A DNA stretch of 63,948 nt, counting the filler, from Globobulimina sp. (lineage: Eukaryota): the NCBI GenBank assembly GCA_003354225.1. It is 36 parts of 36 records of this genome, joined end to end, with 100 filler letters (N's around TTAATTAATTAA, not from the genome) between each part and the next. Parts side by side here need not be neighbours in the genome. Positions count along the whole stretch, not along the records: positions 1 to 1,681 come from PIVH01013206.1; positions 1,782 to 3,462 come from PIVH01013207.1; positions 3,563 to 5,242 come from PIVH01013208.1; positions 5,343 to 7,022 come from PIVH01013209.1; positions 7,123 to 8,802 come from PIVH01013210.1; positions 8,903 to 10,582 come from PIVH01013211.1; 30 more parts are not named here. The stretch is one strand, 5' to 3'. Below are positions 1-9,098 of the stretch, piece by piece (within the stretch, counting starts at the first letter, position 1; each line of letters begins with the position of its first letter). The notes below the pieces were generated by a model, which worked only from the letters and a program-made list of their open reading frames with translations, did not search any database and was not told where the DNA came from. Both the position numbers and the translations under genes were made by a program.

Positions 1-411
1 TCTAATCCTTTTCTATCAATTGTTGTTGTTGCAATTGTGGCGTTGATATTGTTTGCAGTTATTGTTGTTTTTAATTATATTAAGCATCTTCACAAAAAGA
101 AACCGAATGATTGTTATGTGGAGTTAATTGACGCAGGGAATGGATCTTTTGGTTTGGACGGAATGTTGACTCCGACTGCAGCAGCAACAAAGGATGTAAA
201 TACTAGAAAAGTGGATATAACAATGCAACGTTTTAGAGAGAATATTATTAATATTAATGATGATGCGTCATCAGTTTTTATTGGAGGCAGTGTGCATAAT
301 GATGATGATGATGATGTGTATAAATATGCAGCACCAACGCAAGATCCTGCAGAAGATGCTGAAGTAAGTGAAGTTCAAACGGAAGGTATTAATGTAACTG
401 CCTGGGAATGA
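1..411 (+). CDS. C-terminal fragment of a single-pass membrane protein (TM helix plus acidic tail), 5' partial
   Basis: Hydrophobic stretch (ALILFAVIVVF) followed by a basic stop-transfer segment (KHLHKKK) and an acidic tail. No recognisable domain. Confidence 0.55.
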   Translation, partial: SNPFLSIVVVAIVALILFAVIVVFNYIKHLHKKKPNDCYVELIDAGNGSFGLDGMLTPTAAATKDVNTRKVDITMQRFRENIININDDASSVFIGGSVHNDDDDDVYKYAAPTQDPAEDAEVSEVQTEGINVTAWE

Positions 412-593
412 TCATGCTAGTCAAGAAAATAAGACCTTGTATAACCATTAAATAATTTAAAAATATATACTTTCGAACACTTGTCAGTTGTCAACACATC
501 ACAGTGACCAAATTTGCATTAATATCTAACCCTAAATCATAAAACTACTAGTTTCAAAAACTATACTTTCAAAAACTCGTCTAGCTGTACATC

Positions 594-1681
594 ATGTCGT
601 TACGGGATGTATCAAAATCTGAACCTGGCAAATACACACGAATTGATGGAACATCAATAGAAATGGAAGAAACAGATGACAACAATGACAATAAGAAACA
701 TAGAAAATCAATACCAACATCCAACTCATATACATCCATTGAAGATGCATCATCCAACACTCAGTCCACTGCAAATGACAAATTATTGCAAGTAAATTCA
801 TCAAATAATAACAATGACCGTTGCTCATCGGAATCAGATGAAGACACAAAGACAGATACGGATGAATTCACACCGTCAAATACATCAAATCACAGCAATA
901 ACAATAGCCGCAAAGCAACCATATATAATTTTGAATTGAACCAAAAAGAATATAAACAGGAACTAATTGAATCATTATTAGAAAGATTAAAAATCGCATT
1001 GACGTTTTTATTGCATGACATGAGTCCATTGTGGAGCCAAGAAACCATTCAAAACAATGAGGAATACAAAGGAATACATAAAATATTTGCAAAAGGAAAT
1101 ATGCATAGAAAACATTCAATGCTCTCAAATGATGGAAAAACAATTGGATTTCAAAAACGGTGCACACAATTCACTGCCAGTGCTGCTTTGATTGGTGGTG
1201 TCAAAAAAAATCAATCCAGAATCAATGCACTGTTCCATAAGAAATATATGCCACATTATGTCGCATTGTATTCATTATGGACGCAATGGGATAAATATGC
1301 CATGTTATTGCGAGATGGGGAGCTGATAAAAAATGACTTTAGATTCGAGATACAACAAAACCAACAACTCCTGCAAGTTAAGTATCGTACATTGTCGGTG
1401 CCATTGTTTACTTTAACGATTTTTCACTGAAAATAAAAACATGTCAAGGATGACTGTGCGGATTTTATTGAAGCTAAAACCATTACAAAGAAGGCAACAA
1501 ATCCAATTGTCGCAGCGTTACATAAGTTAACCGGACATGTGGATAAAAGTGACCAATTCGCAGCACAATCTGCAACTATTTCGTCTTTACGTAACAAATT
1601 AGCATCTCCCACCAGATCGCAGCTCGCACAAAAAATAGCGGTATCCACTGCTTTTCAGCCAGAAAATTGCTCCGAGGAACA
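594..1681 (+). CDS. Hypothetical protein, two exons (predicted intron 1377-1448), 3' partial
   Basis: The 278-aa ORF joins the downstream open frame through a phase-0 intron CAA|GTTAAG...CAAG|GAT. Low-complexity S/N/D-rich N-terminus. Confidence 0.55.
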
Positions 1682-1783
1682 NNNNNNNNNNNNNNNNNNN
1701 NNNNNNNNNNNNNNNNNNNNNNNNNTTAATTAATTAANNNNNNNNNNNNNNNNNNNNNNNNNNNNNNNNNNNNNNNNNNNNAG

Positions 1784-3334
1784 GACCGCGACGAGAAAGG
1801 GGCGAAGAAGAACTACTTCAAAGCGCACGATTTCCGGTATACGATCTTCAAACAGTACGATACGAAGCGGATTACGCTGAAGAACATTTGTAAGCAGATC
1901 GAGGAGCGGCACGTGGCGACACAACGGCGCTTATTTGGAGCGGGGATGGCGATGAATGGCAATGTGAGCACGAAGGAGAAGGAGGAAGTGAGCGATGAGG
2001 AGGAGGAGAATGAGGACATTGATGTGGATGGCGGCGACGGCGACGGTGACGGTGACGTATTGCAGTATGGATTTGACTTTGATGGCATGCACGATGGCGA
2101 GAGGAAGATGGATGTCTTTGCAGTGGATTTCGAGTCATCGGCCATTGCGTCGACGGGGAGCGGCGTGATGGTGAACGGCAACGGCGTGATCTGCGGAGTT
2201 GGGCTGATCGGCAATGCCTCGCACGATTACATTATCCAACAAATGGGCGCCGGGCTGCACGTGGAATTGGGCGATTTTGTGTGCGGCAAAGGGCGGAATT
2301 GGAAGATGAATAATTATGATTACCGGTTTGTGCTTTGTAAGGCAGATATTTTGCGGGACTGCGCACGGTTTGTGTTGCAACACGCGAATACCAGCGAGGT
2401 CGGCAAGGAACGCAAAGAAAAGAAATTGTTCGCCGAGATCTTGGATAGCATTTTCAAGCAGTTTTGGGGCATTGATATCCGGGAACAATGTGTGGAATTT
2501 TTGCAGAATGATATTGATTCTGAGGAGGAGGAGGAGGACCATTCGCCGTCGACGCCGAGCAATGCGAATAAAAACAGTGCGGACGGCAGTGTTTCGACGG
2601 TCTATTCGCCCGATCCGATATCGAAGATAATGCGGAACATAGACGTGCAAAACGAGAGTGCGTTGAAGGAGGTTAAGGTCGGCGAGTTAGAGAAGGAAAA
2701 TGAATCTGTGGGCAAATATTTGGCGCAGTATTTGGAGGATGGGGACCAAAGCAATGAGGGAAATGTTTTGTTGTTTGGGAATAAGACTATTTATGCATTA
2801 TTCCGCTATTTGCATTTTTTGTACAGCCGAATGAATTTTGCGTATCGTTTATGCAAATCTGCGAATCCGTTGTATGGCAAAAGTGAGAGTGAGGAGGAGA
2901 TGCAGCGGAAATACAAAGATTTTTTATCGCATTTAAGCAAATTGATCAATGGGCAAATTGAGGAGGAAATATTTGAGGATGAATGCAGGAAGTTATTAGG
3001 CATCAAATCGTATGAATTATTTACCATTCATAGGGTGATCCGATATGTTTATGACAGAATTTGTGACTTTGATACGGACGGCAAAGTGCATGAGTTTTAC
3101 AAATTATTTTTGTATTTTAAAGCCAAAGCAATGACGAAGGAGCATAGAATAAAATATTTTGTGGCTGCCTCCAAAATTAGTAATGACGGGAATAAACCGG
3201 AGGAATTATATCAAATCGAATATGCACAGAATAAGATTCTCGCGATTTCGTTGTCTGACAAATATAAATCAAATATTAATATTAATGATGATGTTGATAT
3301 GCAAATGTCTGATAATAACAACACAAAGCAATAA
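1784..3334 (+). CDS. SIN3: Sin3-family transcriptional corepressor, C-terminal part (5' partial)
   Basis: The frame is open from the contig edge. NYFKAHDFRYTIFKQYDTK resembles the Sin3 HID-end motif. FGNKTIYALFRYLHFLYSR and FEDECRKLLGIKSYELFTI match the Sin3a C-terminal domain. Confidence 0.85.
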   Translation, partial: DRDEKGAKKNYFKAHDFRYTIFKQYDTKRITLKNICKQIEERHVATQRRLFGAGMAMNGNVSTKEKEEVSDEEEENEDIDVDGGDGDGDGDVLQYGFDFDGMHDGERKMDVFAVDFESSAIASTGSGVMVNGNGVICGVGLIGNASHDYIIQQMGAGLHVELGDFVCGKGRNWKMNNYDYRFVLCKADILRDCARFVLQHANTSEVGKERKEKKLFAEILDSIFKQFWGIDIREQCVEFLQNDIDSEEEEEDHSPSTPSNANKNSADGSVSTVYSPDPISKIMRNIDVQNESALKEVKVGELEKENESVGKYLAQYLEDGDQSNEGNVLLFGNKTIYALFRYLHFLYSRMNFAYRLCKSANPLYGKSESEEEMQRKYKDFLSHLSKLINGQIEEEIFEDECRKLLGIKSYELFTIHRVIRYVYDRICDFDTDGKVHEFYKLFLYFKAKAMTKEHRIKYFVAASKISNDGNKPEELYQIEYAQNKILAISLSDKYKSNININDDVDMQMSDNNNTKQ

Positions 3335-3415
3335 CGAATGTAAATTATGATAATAAATAAAATTAAGATCCAATTTGAGTGTGGTGCTTTATTTTGATTT
3401 TGCTCTTAATTTTTT

Positions 3416-3459
<44 letters not shown>

Positions 3460-3562
3460 CCTNNNNNNNNNNNNNNNNNNNNNNNNNNNNNNNNNNNNNN
3501 NNNNNNTTAATTAATTAANNNNNNNNNNNNNNNNNNNNNNNNNNNNNNNNNNNNNNNNNNNN

Positions 3563-4122
3563 AAGACAATATCGTCAATTGAATGCACTCTCATTTCATT
3601 GACACACGCTTGAAAAAACGCAATGGTTTGAGTGTTATAATTATTTTCAACACCATTTTTTATTTTATTTTTCAATAACTTGTACATTGATTTTTTTGTT
3701 CTATTCAAATATGGTTCAAACATTGTAGCATCTTTTGGTGATCGCGAAGATAAACGAACAAAGAATCCATTGTCAATGTTGAATGATACATCATTTTTTA
3801 AATGTGATTCTATTTTGTTTTTAAATGTATCGATTGCATGTCGTTGCTGTGTAGAAAGTGCTTTGTTTTTATTAACTCTATGATGATATAATCGAACTAA
3901 AGCTTTAGCTTCGCATAATTCAATGGCAATATTCAAGGATTTGAATGTTGCATCTTGTATAACATCATACCATCGCATGAAATCATGCTTTGACATCCAT
4001 TTTTTCTCCAATGCTTTCTTCATTTGATATCCTTTTGATATGTTGCGCTTTTTACTGCCAATGACATTTCCTTTGCTCTCTTCCCGTACGTTATGAGCTG
4101 TGGACTGGTCGACATTTTGCAT
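3563..4122 (-). CDS. CDC123/D123-like ATP-grasp protein, 3' partial
   Basis: Motif FFVRLSSRSPKDA, a variant of the CDC123 xxxKLNWSSPKDA motif. Confidence 0.7.
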
Positions 4123-4173
4123 GATTTTGAGTGATAAACAAAAATAATAAAAAAACTTTTACTAGTTTTAACA

Positions 4174-5242
4174 ATGGGTTGTTGTTCATCAGGTGCCACA
4201 TACGCAGAAGGTGAGGAATACTTTGTTAAATGTGGAACAAGTATCATAAATTCAGGCAAACGCGTGGAAGGAACAGGAGCAACAAGTTACGGAGCAATAA
4301 TAATTGATACAAATGCCCCAAACACACATGAATGGGTGTTCAGAATCACAAGTGGTGGCGGCACATTTTTGATTGGTATCGATGACGCATCCATGAAATC
4401 GTGCAATCAAATATTTAGCCCCCAAGCACCGCACGCAAATTATGGATATTTTAATGGTGACACCAGATCAGGCTCGATATCTTCGTACAATGTAACAAAT
4501 AAAGAGTCGATATATGGCAAAGGCTATGCGATCATGAATCACTGCAATGATGTCATTACAATGATATTTGATACATCCACTGCGACATTGAAATATTTTG
4601 TCAATGATAAGTATCAAGGCATGGCCTTCAGAAATATTAGAAACGATTGTCAGTACAGAATGGCTATATATATGACAGGTACGTTTGCCATATTAATTTA
4701 ATTATATTTTGCTTTGCGAACTGCACGTTTTTGTGCTGCGGTTACGGTGAATTTGGCTAATTGTCATTGTGAGCTTTGATAAAGGTGGCAAAGCTGACGC
4801 TGTTATTGAATTATTGCATTATTCGTGTCTTGAAAGCACGGGGAAAAGGGAGGAAAAAGTGGATGCAAATGGGAAAGGAGAGGAATATTTTTATAAATCA
4901 CATTCTGATGAATTAGTTATCAGCGACGATGGATATATTGCAACAAACAGTGGATCGGCAAGAAATACCTCTGTTTATGGATCAATTTTGACAAATATTA
5001 ATAAGAAATGAATATATCACTGGAGATTTAAAATCTGTGGTGATGGAAAAACAGGATTTGGAGTCATTGAGTGTACAGAAAAAGATGTTTTGCCGCCATT
5101 TAGTGATAGTTATGATGATTTTTTTTACCTTCAAACTTCATTGAAAAATTATGGAATTGAGTCAGCAGCAAAATGTAGCTCCAATCAAAGCTATCAATAT
5201 GGCATTGCCTTTCAGAAAAACGATATTATTGAAGTTATATTA
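4174..5242 (+). CDS. Lipid-anchored (MGCC) tandem SPRY/B30.2-like protein; predicted intron 4679-4784; in-frame TGA at 5009-5011; 3' partial
   Basis: N-terminal MGCCSS acylation motif. Two SPRY-like repeats (HEWVFRI..FLIGI..DVITMIFD..TLKYFVND; YHWRFKI..GFGVI..NDIIEVIL). A phase-1 intron restores the frame. Confidence 0.7.
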
Positions 5243-5342
5243 NNNNNNNNNNNNNNNNNNNNNNNNNNNNNNNNNNNNNNNNNNNNTTAATTAATTAANN
5301 NNNNNNNNNNNNNNNNNNNNNNNNNNNNNNNNNNNNNNNNNN

Positions 5343-5561
5343 AAATTGGATATTTATGATGAACGTTATAAAGAATGGTACATTGGACAAGTGATAGAAT
5401 GTGGGAGCAATAAATGTAAAGGAAAAGTTAAAATACGTTATGCTGGATTCAGTGCATATTATGATGAATATGTTGATCCATATTCTAAACGTTTGGATAT
5501 ACTCTACACACACTTCAAAAAAGAAAAATCTCAAAAAAAGCTACCAGTGAAAATAGTTTAG
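5343..5561 (+). CDS. C-terminal fragment with a Tudor-knot/chromo-barrel-like domain
   Basis: WYIGQVIE...VKIRYAGFSAYYDEYV pattern. Confidence 0.55.
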   Translation, partial: KLDIYDERYKEWYIGQVIECGSNKCKGKVKIRYAGFSAYYDEYVDPYSKRLDILYTHFKKEKSQKKLPVKIV

Positions 5562-5604
5562 CGGAAACAAACATGTTCTAAACTTTAAGAATTAATGCAT
5601 GAGT

Positions 5605-6636
5605 TCATAATAACAACAACAAATTATCAATTATTTGAATTGTTTCATTCACAGAAACATTTGTTTCATTAAGTTGTTGAAAATAGTTAATATCTGTGCC
5701 ATAAAATCTTGTTTTAATTAATCTATCAATTCTTTCTGATTGTTTTGCACTTAAATAATTTTTCCAATCCTTTGTTTTACCTTTCCTAAAAAATGAAGGC
5801 GATATATGAATGTCTTCGGATTTTGACGCATTTTTCATTGCTTTAAATGTTGAATTTTGTTCAATAATTTTATATTTCTCCTCATTTAACAACTTATCAC
5901 ATCCAATAAACTGTGCAATTTTTTGTATTTCTCTCAATAAATTCTCTTTCATCTCTTCATAATATAAAAACAATATACTTACTCCATTTTTTTGTGCATT
6001 CTGTTTGCATCGATACCATTCCATAACATGATCGAAATAATTCCCATTCACAGTGATTCCCTCACAAAACCATTCAAAAAAAGTATTAAAATCACCTTTA
6101 AATAAAATATTCGGTTCTTTGGAAAAAAAAAGAAATGATGAAACAATGACATCTTTTGGACATCTGGTGATATAAATAATTTTTGTGTTTTTATGCATTT
6201 TTTTACATGGAAATTGCGAATAAAATGAGTGAGTTTGCCATATCCGCAGTGGACATTTTTCTGCATCATATCTTGTTGAAATTTGTTGGAAAAAATCAAT
6301 TCCTTTGTTGGAAGCGACATTTTCGATCCATTCGCCTTGTTTTATTGTTTTATATGCAGTCTGTAATGGATAGGCGAGTTTTACCATTTCAATCACAATA
6401 TTTAATGTCCACATTGTACCCGTTTTTGGATAGGTTGTAATAATTATATCGTTTTCATCTGTATTCCAATTGTCTCTTAACCAGTTCACACCAGTACTTG
6501 TTATAAAAGGTGGATATAAATAACCATTGATGTTTGAAATTCTCATTCCATTCTTGTTGCAAACCCAAAATGCATCCGATGATGCATTGCGAACTGGTGC
6601 TGGTGGTGCGTCGATATCCTTTTTACTTTCAGCCAT
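5605..6636 (-). CDS. Cytosolic PAPS-dependent sulfotransferase (Sulfotransfer_1 family)
   Basis: 5'-PSB motif TYPKTGTMW, 3'-PB motif RCPKDVIVS, YEEMK and the C-terminal FFRKGKTKDWKN motif. Confidence 0.93.
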   Translation of the reverse strand: MAESKKDIDAPPAPVRNASSDAFWVCNKNGMRISNINGYLYPPFITSTGVNWLRDNWNTDENDIIITTYPKTGTMWTLNIVIEMVKLAYPLQTAYKTIKQGEWIENVASNKGIDFFQQISTRYDAEKCPLRIWQTHSFYSQFPCKKMHKNTKIIYITRCPKDVIVSSFLFFSKEPNILFKGDFNTFFEWFCEGITVNGNYFDHVMEWYRCKQNAQKNGVSILFLYYEEMKENLLREIQKIAQFIGCDKLLNEEKYKIIEQNSTFKAMKNASKSEDIHISPSFFRKGKTKDWKNYLSAKQSERIDRLIKTRFYGTDINYFQQLNETNVSVNETIQIIDNLLLLL

Positions 6637-7122
6637 TTTTCAAAAAAACTTTTGTGGAAACAGATTTTGCGGATTTTAGGATTTTTAAAAAATGTGAGCA
6701 TAGAGATTTGAAAGGCTAAAAATTATTACTAGTATACATTGTATAGTCGTATACATACACTGTATTAATATATTTTGCTCTAGAGCCGTTCATGTACAGT
6801 CTCAAACTGACATTACAGTAGACTATTGAATTAATCTGTCTGCCGCCACTATCAGTGATAAATTTAACAACTCAAATATTAGCTATTTATATTGTAAAAT
6901 CCACTCATTAAATAAGGATACTAAATGATATATAATCTATAACACTCTTACATTCACTGTATATCACTATAACTTAGTGTATTCACAAGAAACTGAACTT
7001 TTTAAAGTGGTAGACTCGGAGCNNNNNNNNNNNNNNNNNNNNNNNNNNNNNNNNNNNNNNNNNNNNTTAATTAATTAANNNNNNNNNNNNNNNNNNNNNN
7101 NNNNNNNNNNNNNNNNNNNNNN

Positions 7123-7608
7123 AACCCAAGAAACCCAAACAAGACATCTGTAGTAGAACGGCTGCACAGAACACTTCGACTTAAGGTTGGCCGAATATTG
7201 GAAAGCGGATCTGCGAAGATACCATTGGTAGCTTTCAAAATGGCTATGGAATCTTACAACCATCAATACCATAGAAGTATTGGCATGACACCTACACAGG
7301 CATTGAAACCTGCCAATGCGGCACAAGTTATCCAGTATGAACATAAACAGAAATCCAAACTGCTTGATAAACTGGGTGGTCCTCTAAAGGGAAAATTTCA
7401 TATTGGTTCCATGGTTTACCTCAGAAAGAAAAGTAAATCTACATTTTTCAAGTCAAGTGATCCTGTTATGGAAAACCAAAAGTATCTTGTGACAGGAATC
7501 AAGCCCACAGTGCCCATGATTTCCTATTACTTAAAGACAAGTACACAACCACATATCAGTATTCAAGGAAGTTACCCCGAAAACTGGTTGGTTCCTGCGA
7601 CAAAATAA
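7123..7608 (+). CDS. Retroviral-like (Polinton-type) DDE integrase, C-terminal half, no chromodomain
   Basis: KTSVVERLHRTLR (catalytic E), YNHQYHRSIGMTP, KFHIGSMVYL..FFK, and YYLK..GSYPENWL. The frame is open from the contig edge. Confidence 0.85.
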   Translation, partial: NPRNPNKTSVVERLHRTLRLKVGRILESGSAKIPLVAFKMAMESYNHQYHRSIGMTPTQALKPANAAQVIQYEHKQKSKLLDKLGGPLKGKFHIGSMVYLRKKSKSTFFKSSDPVMENQKYLVTGIKPTVPMISYYLKTSTQPHISIQGSYPENWLVPATK

Positions 7609-8468
7609 TGACTAACGATTTTACTATTCAACTTCATAGCGACAAGTCCAGCCACCATTATGGCAGAAAATATTGGTTTACCATACCATCTGCTTTGCCG
7701 ACACTTGACAGTAATGCCCATTGGCAAGTAGCTGTGAAAAGCATATTCTTCTCTGGATACATAAACATTTTTGATGAAAATTCCTTTATTATGTTGAAAA
7801 AGTTCAATGAACAACATGAAATGGTGGACAGCCTGCAAGTCTCCCCAAAACTGACAACGTTTTTCTTCAAACCAGACAATGTGGCTTCGGCATTGAATAC
7901 ATTGTTCAGCGGCAATGAAGTATCTAATTTCTTAAAAGTTGGTACCATACCACCGAAAAAAGCTGTCAAATGGACTTATGACAAGGATAGCAGAAAATTC
8001 AGGATAACATTGAATTTTTCCCAAAATCTGAACTATGGATTTTATCTTAGTGGCAGTCTTAGCAAAAAACTTGGATTTGCCCCCGGTCACCTAATAACTG
8101 CTGATGCCCTTGGAATAGACAAAGAATATATTGCCAATGATCCAGAATTCATTGTCTATGGAAATCAGCTGTTGTCTGTCATGATGGATGGTGTCAAGCA
8201 TTCGTTTGTTGGTGACAAATGGCTACCATTGTTGGATACTGTACAAGCTATGCCATACAGGGTCAGCAGCACGCAGACCATTACCTATGGTGAACGTCAT
8301 TATGTGGAACATCGGATACATAACCGTACCTACCATCCTGTTCAATTGTCGACTTTGCAAAATTTGGAAATTGACATTGTCAATGAAATGAATAACCCTG
8401 TCATGTGGCTTGATGACGCCCCCTTTATTTTAACTTTGCACTTTCAAAAAGGGTATTGTCTGCTATAA
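7608..8468 (+). CDS. Polinton-type minor capsid protein (penton, single jelly-roll)
   Basis: N-terminal FTIQLHSDKS...WQVAVKSI and C-terminal YHPVQ..LQNLEIDIVNE..LTLHF match the Polinton/adintovirus minor capsid pattern. It lies directly after the integrase. Confidence 0.75.
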   Translation: MTNDFTIQLHSDKSSHHYGRKYWFTIPSALPTLDSNAHWQVAVKSIFFSGYINIFDENSFIMLKKFNEQHEMVDSLQVSPKLTTFFFKPDNVASALNTLFSGNEVSNFLKVGTIPPKKAVKWTYDKDSRKFRITLNFSQNLNYGFYLSGSLSKKLGFAPGHLITADALGIDKEYIANDPEFIVYGNQLLSVMMDGVKHSFVGDKWLPLLDTVQAMPYRVSSTQTITYGERHYVEHRIHNRTYHPVQLSTLQNLEIDIVNEMNNPVMWLDDAPFILTLHFQKGYCLL

Positions 8469-8504
8469 TTTTCATTCTTCAAGTTTACATTTTCCTATGC
8501 GGTC

Positions 8505-8795
8505 ATGTCAACTGGTTTGACTGGTATTTCTACAGGTGCTTCGAATATTCCTGAACCTATTCCTGATTGGTTGGTGCCTAAATTTCAACATCAAGAAGAA
8601 CAACAACATATTGGCGGTAATAATAACGTGCCTCCAGTCGTTAGACAATCGAAGGTGTTGACCTGTGACACAATAGCAAAAATTTGTCCAACTTGTTTGC
8701 GCAGATTTCGTGCTTCACCTATTGTAAGGAAAGCTACTAAAGTTCCCAAGAAGAAACAACTGGGCAAGAAAAAGCAACAGCGAAAGAAGAAATGA
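8505..8795 (+). CDS. Small basic protein of the Polinton-like element (candidate core/DNA-binding protein)
   Basis: 96 aa with a CxxC motif and a Lys-rich C-terminus, located after the penton gene. Confidence 0.5.
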   Translation: MSTGLTGISTGASNIPEPIPDWLVPKFQHQEEQQHIGGNNNVPPVVRQSKVLTCDTIAKICPTCLRRFRASPIVRKATKVPKKKQLGKKKQQRKKK

Positions 8796-8902
8796 ATTCT
8801 GTNNNNNNNNNNNNNNNNNNNNNNNNNNNNNNNNNNNNNNNNNNNNTTAATTAATTAANNNNNNNNNNNNNNNNNNNNNNNNNNNNNNNNNNNNNNNNNN
8901 NN

Positions 8903-9091
8903 GAGTCCCTGATTGATGTGGTCAAAGACAATGACGTCATCACAGTTCCCCAGAGAATCATGAAGCGGGACAAGAAAACTGGCACAATCCAATCAAAAGA
9001 GCTTCAGAAACGATTGAGAGTGACATTTTCTAAACGATTATGGCCTGAGAACATTGATGATGTAAGCCTCCCCATTGGTTGGCAAGATTAA
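8903..9091 (+). CDS. C-terminus of a protein-primed family B DNA polymerase (pPolB), 5' partial; not in the ORF track
   Basis: Manual translation ...ITVPQRIMKRDKKTGTIQSKELQKRLRVTFSKRLWPENIDDVSLPIGWQD* resembles the pPolB terminal pattern K..KR....(S/T)LP(Y/F)G(Y/W). Confidence 0.7.
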   Translation, partial: ESLIDVVKDNDVITVPQRIMKRDKKTGTIQSKELQKRLRVTFSKRLWPENIDDVSLPIGWQD

Positions 9092-9098
9092 TATTTTA

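Larger units (their letters stand above)
7123..8802 (+). mobile_element. Fragment of a Polinton/Maverick-like (adintovirus-like) element: integrase, penton-like minor capsid protein, small basic protein
   Basis: Intronless, tightly packed ORFs (TAATG overlap at 7608) with Polinton-type integrase and minor-capsid motifs. Confidence 0.82.

Noticed and set aside
1813..2650. Several overlapping ORFs (1813-2214, 1872-2138, 2135-2650, 2316-2630, 2320-2562)
   Set aside because: Shadow frames of the GC-rich part of the Sin3 gene, with no independent protein features.
5009..5011. Genome-wide TGA reassignment (alternative genetic code)
   Set aside because: Only one clear case. Other genes terminate at TGA, and Trp/Cys use standard codons. 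Most other ORF breaks are explained by introns.
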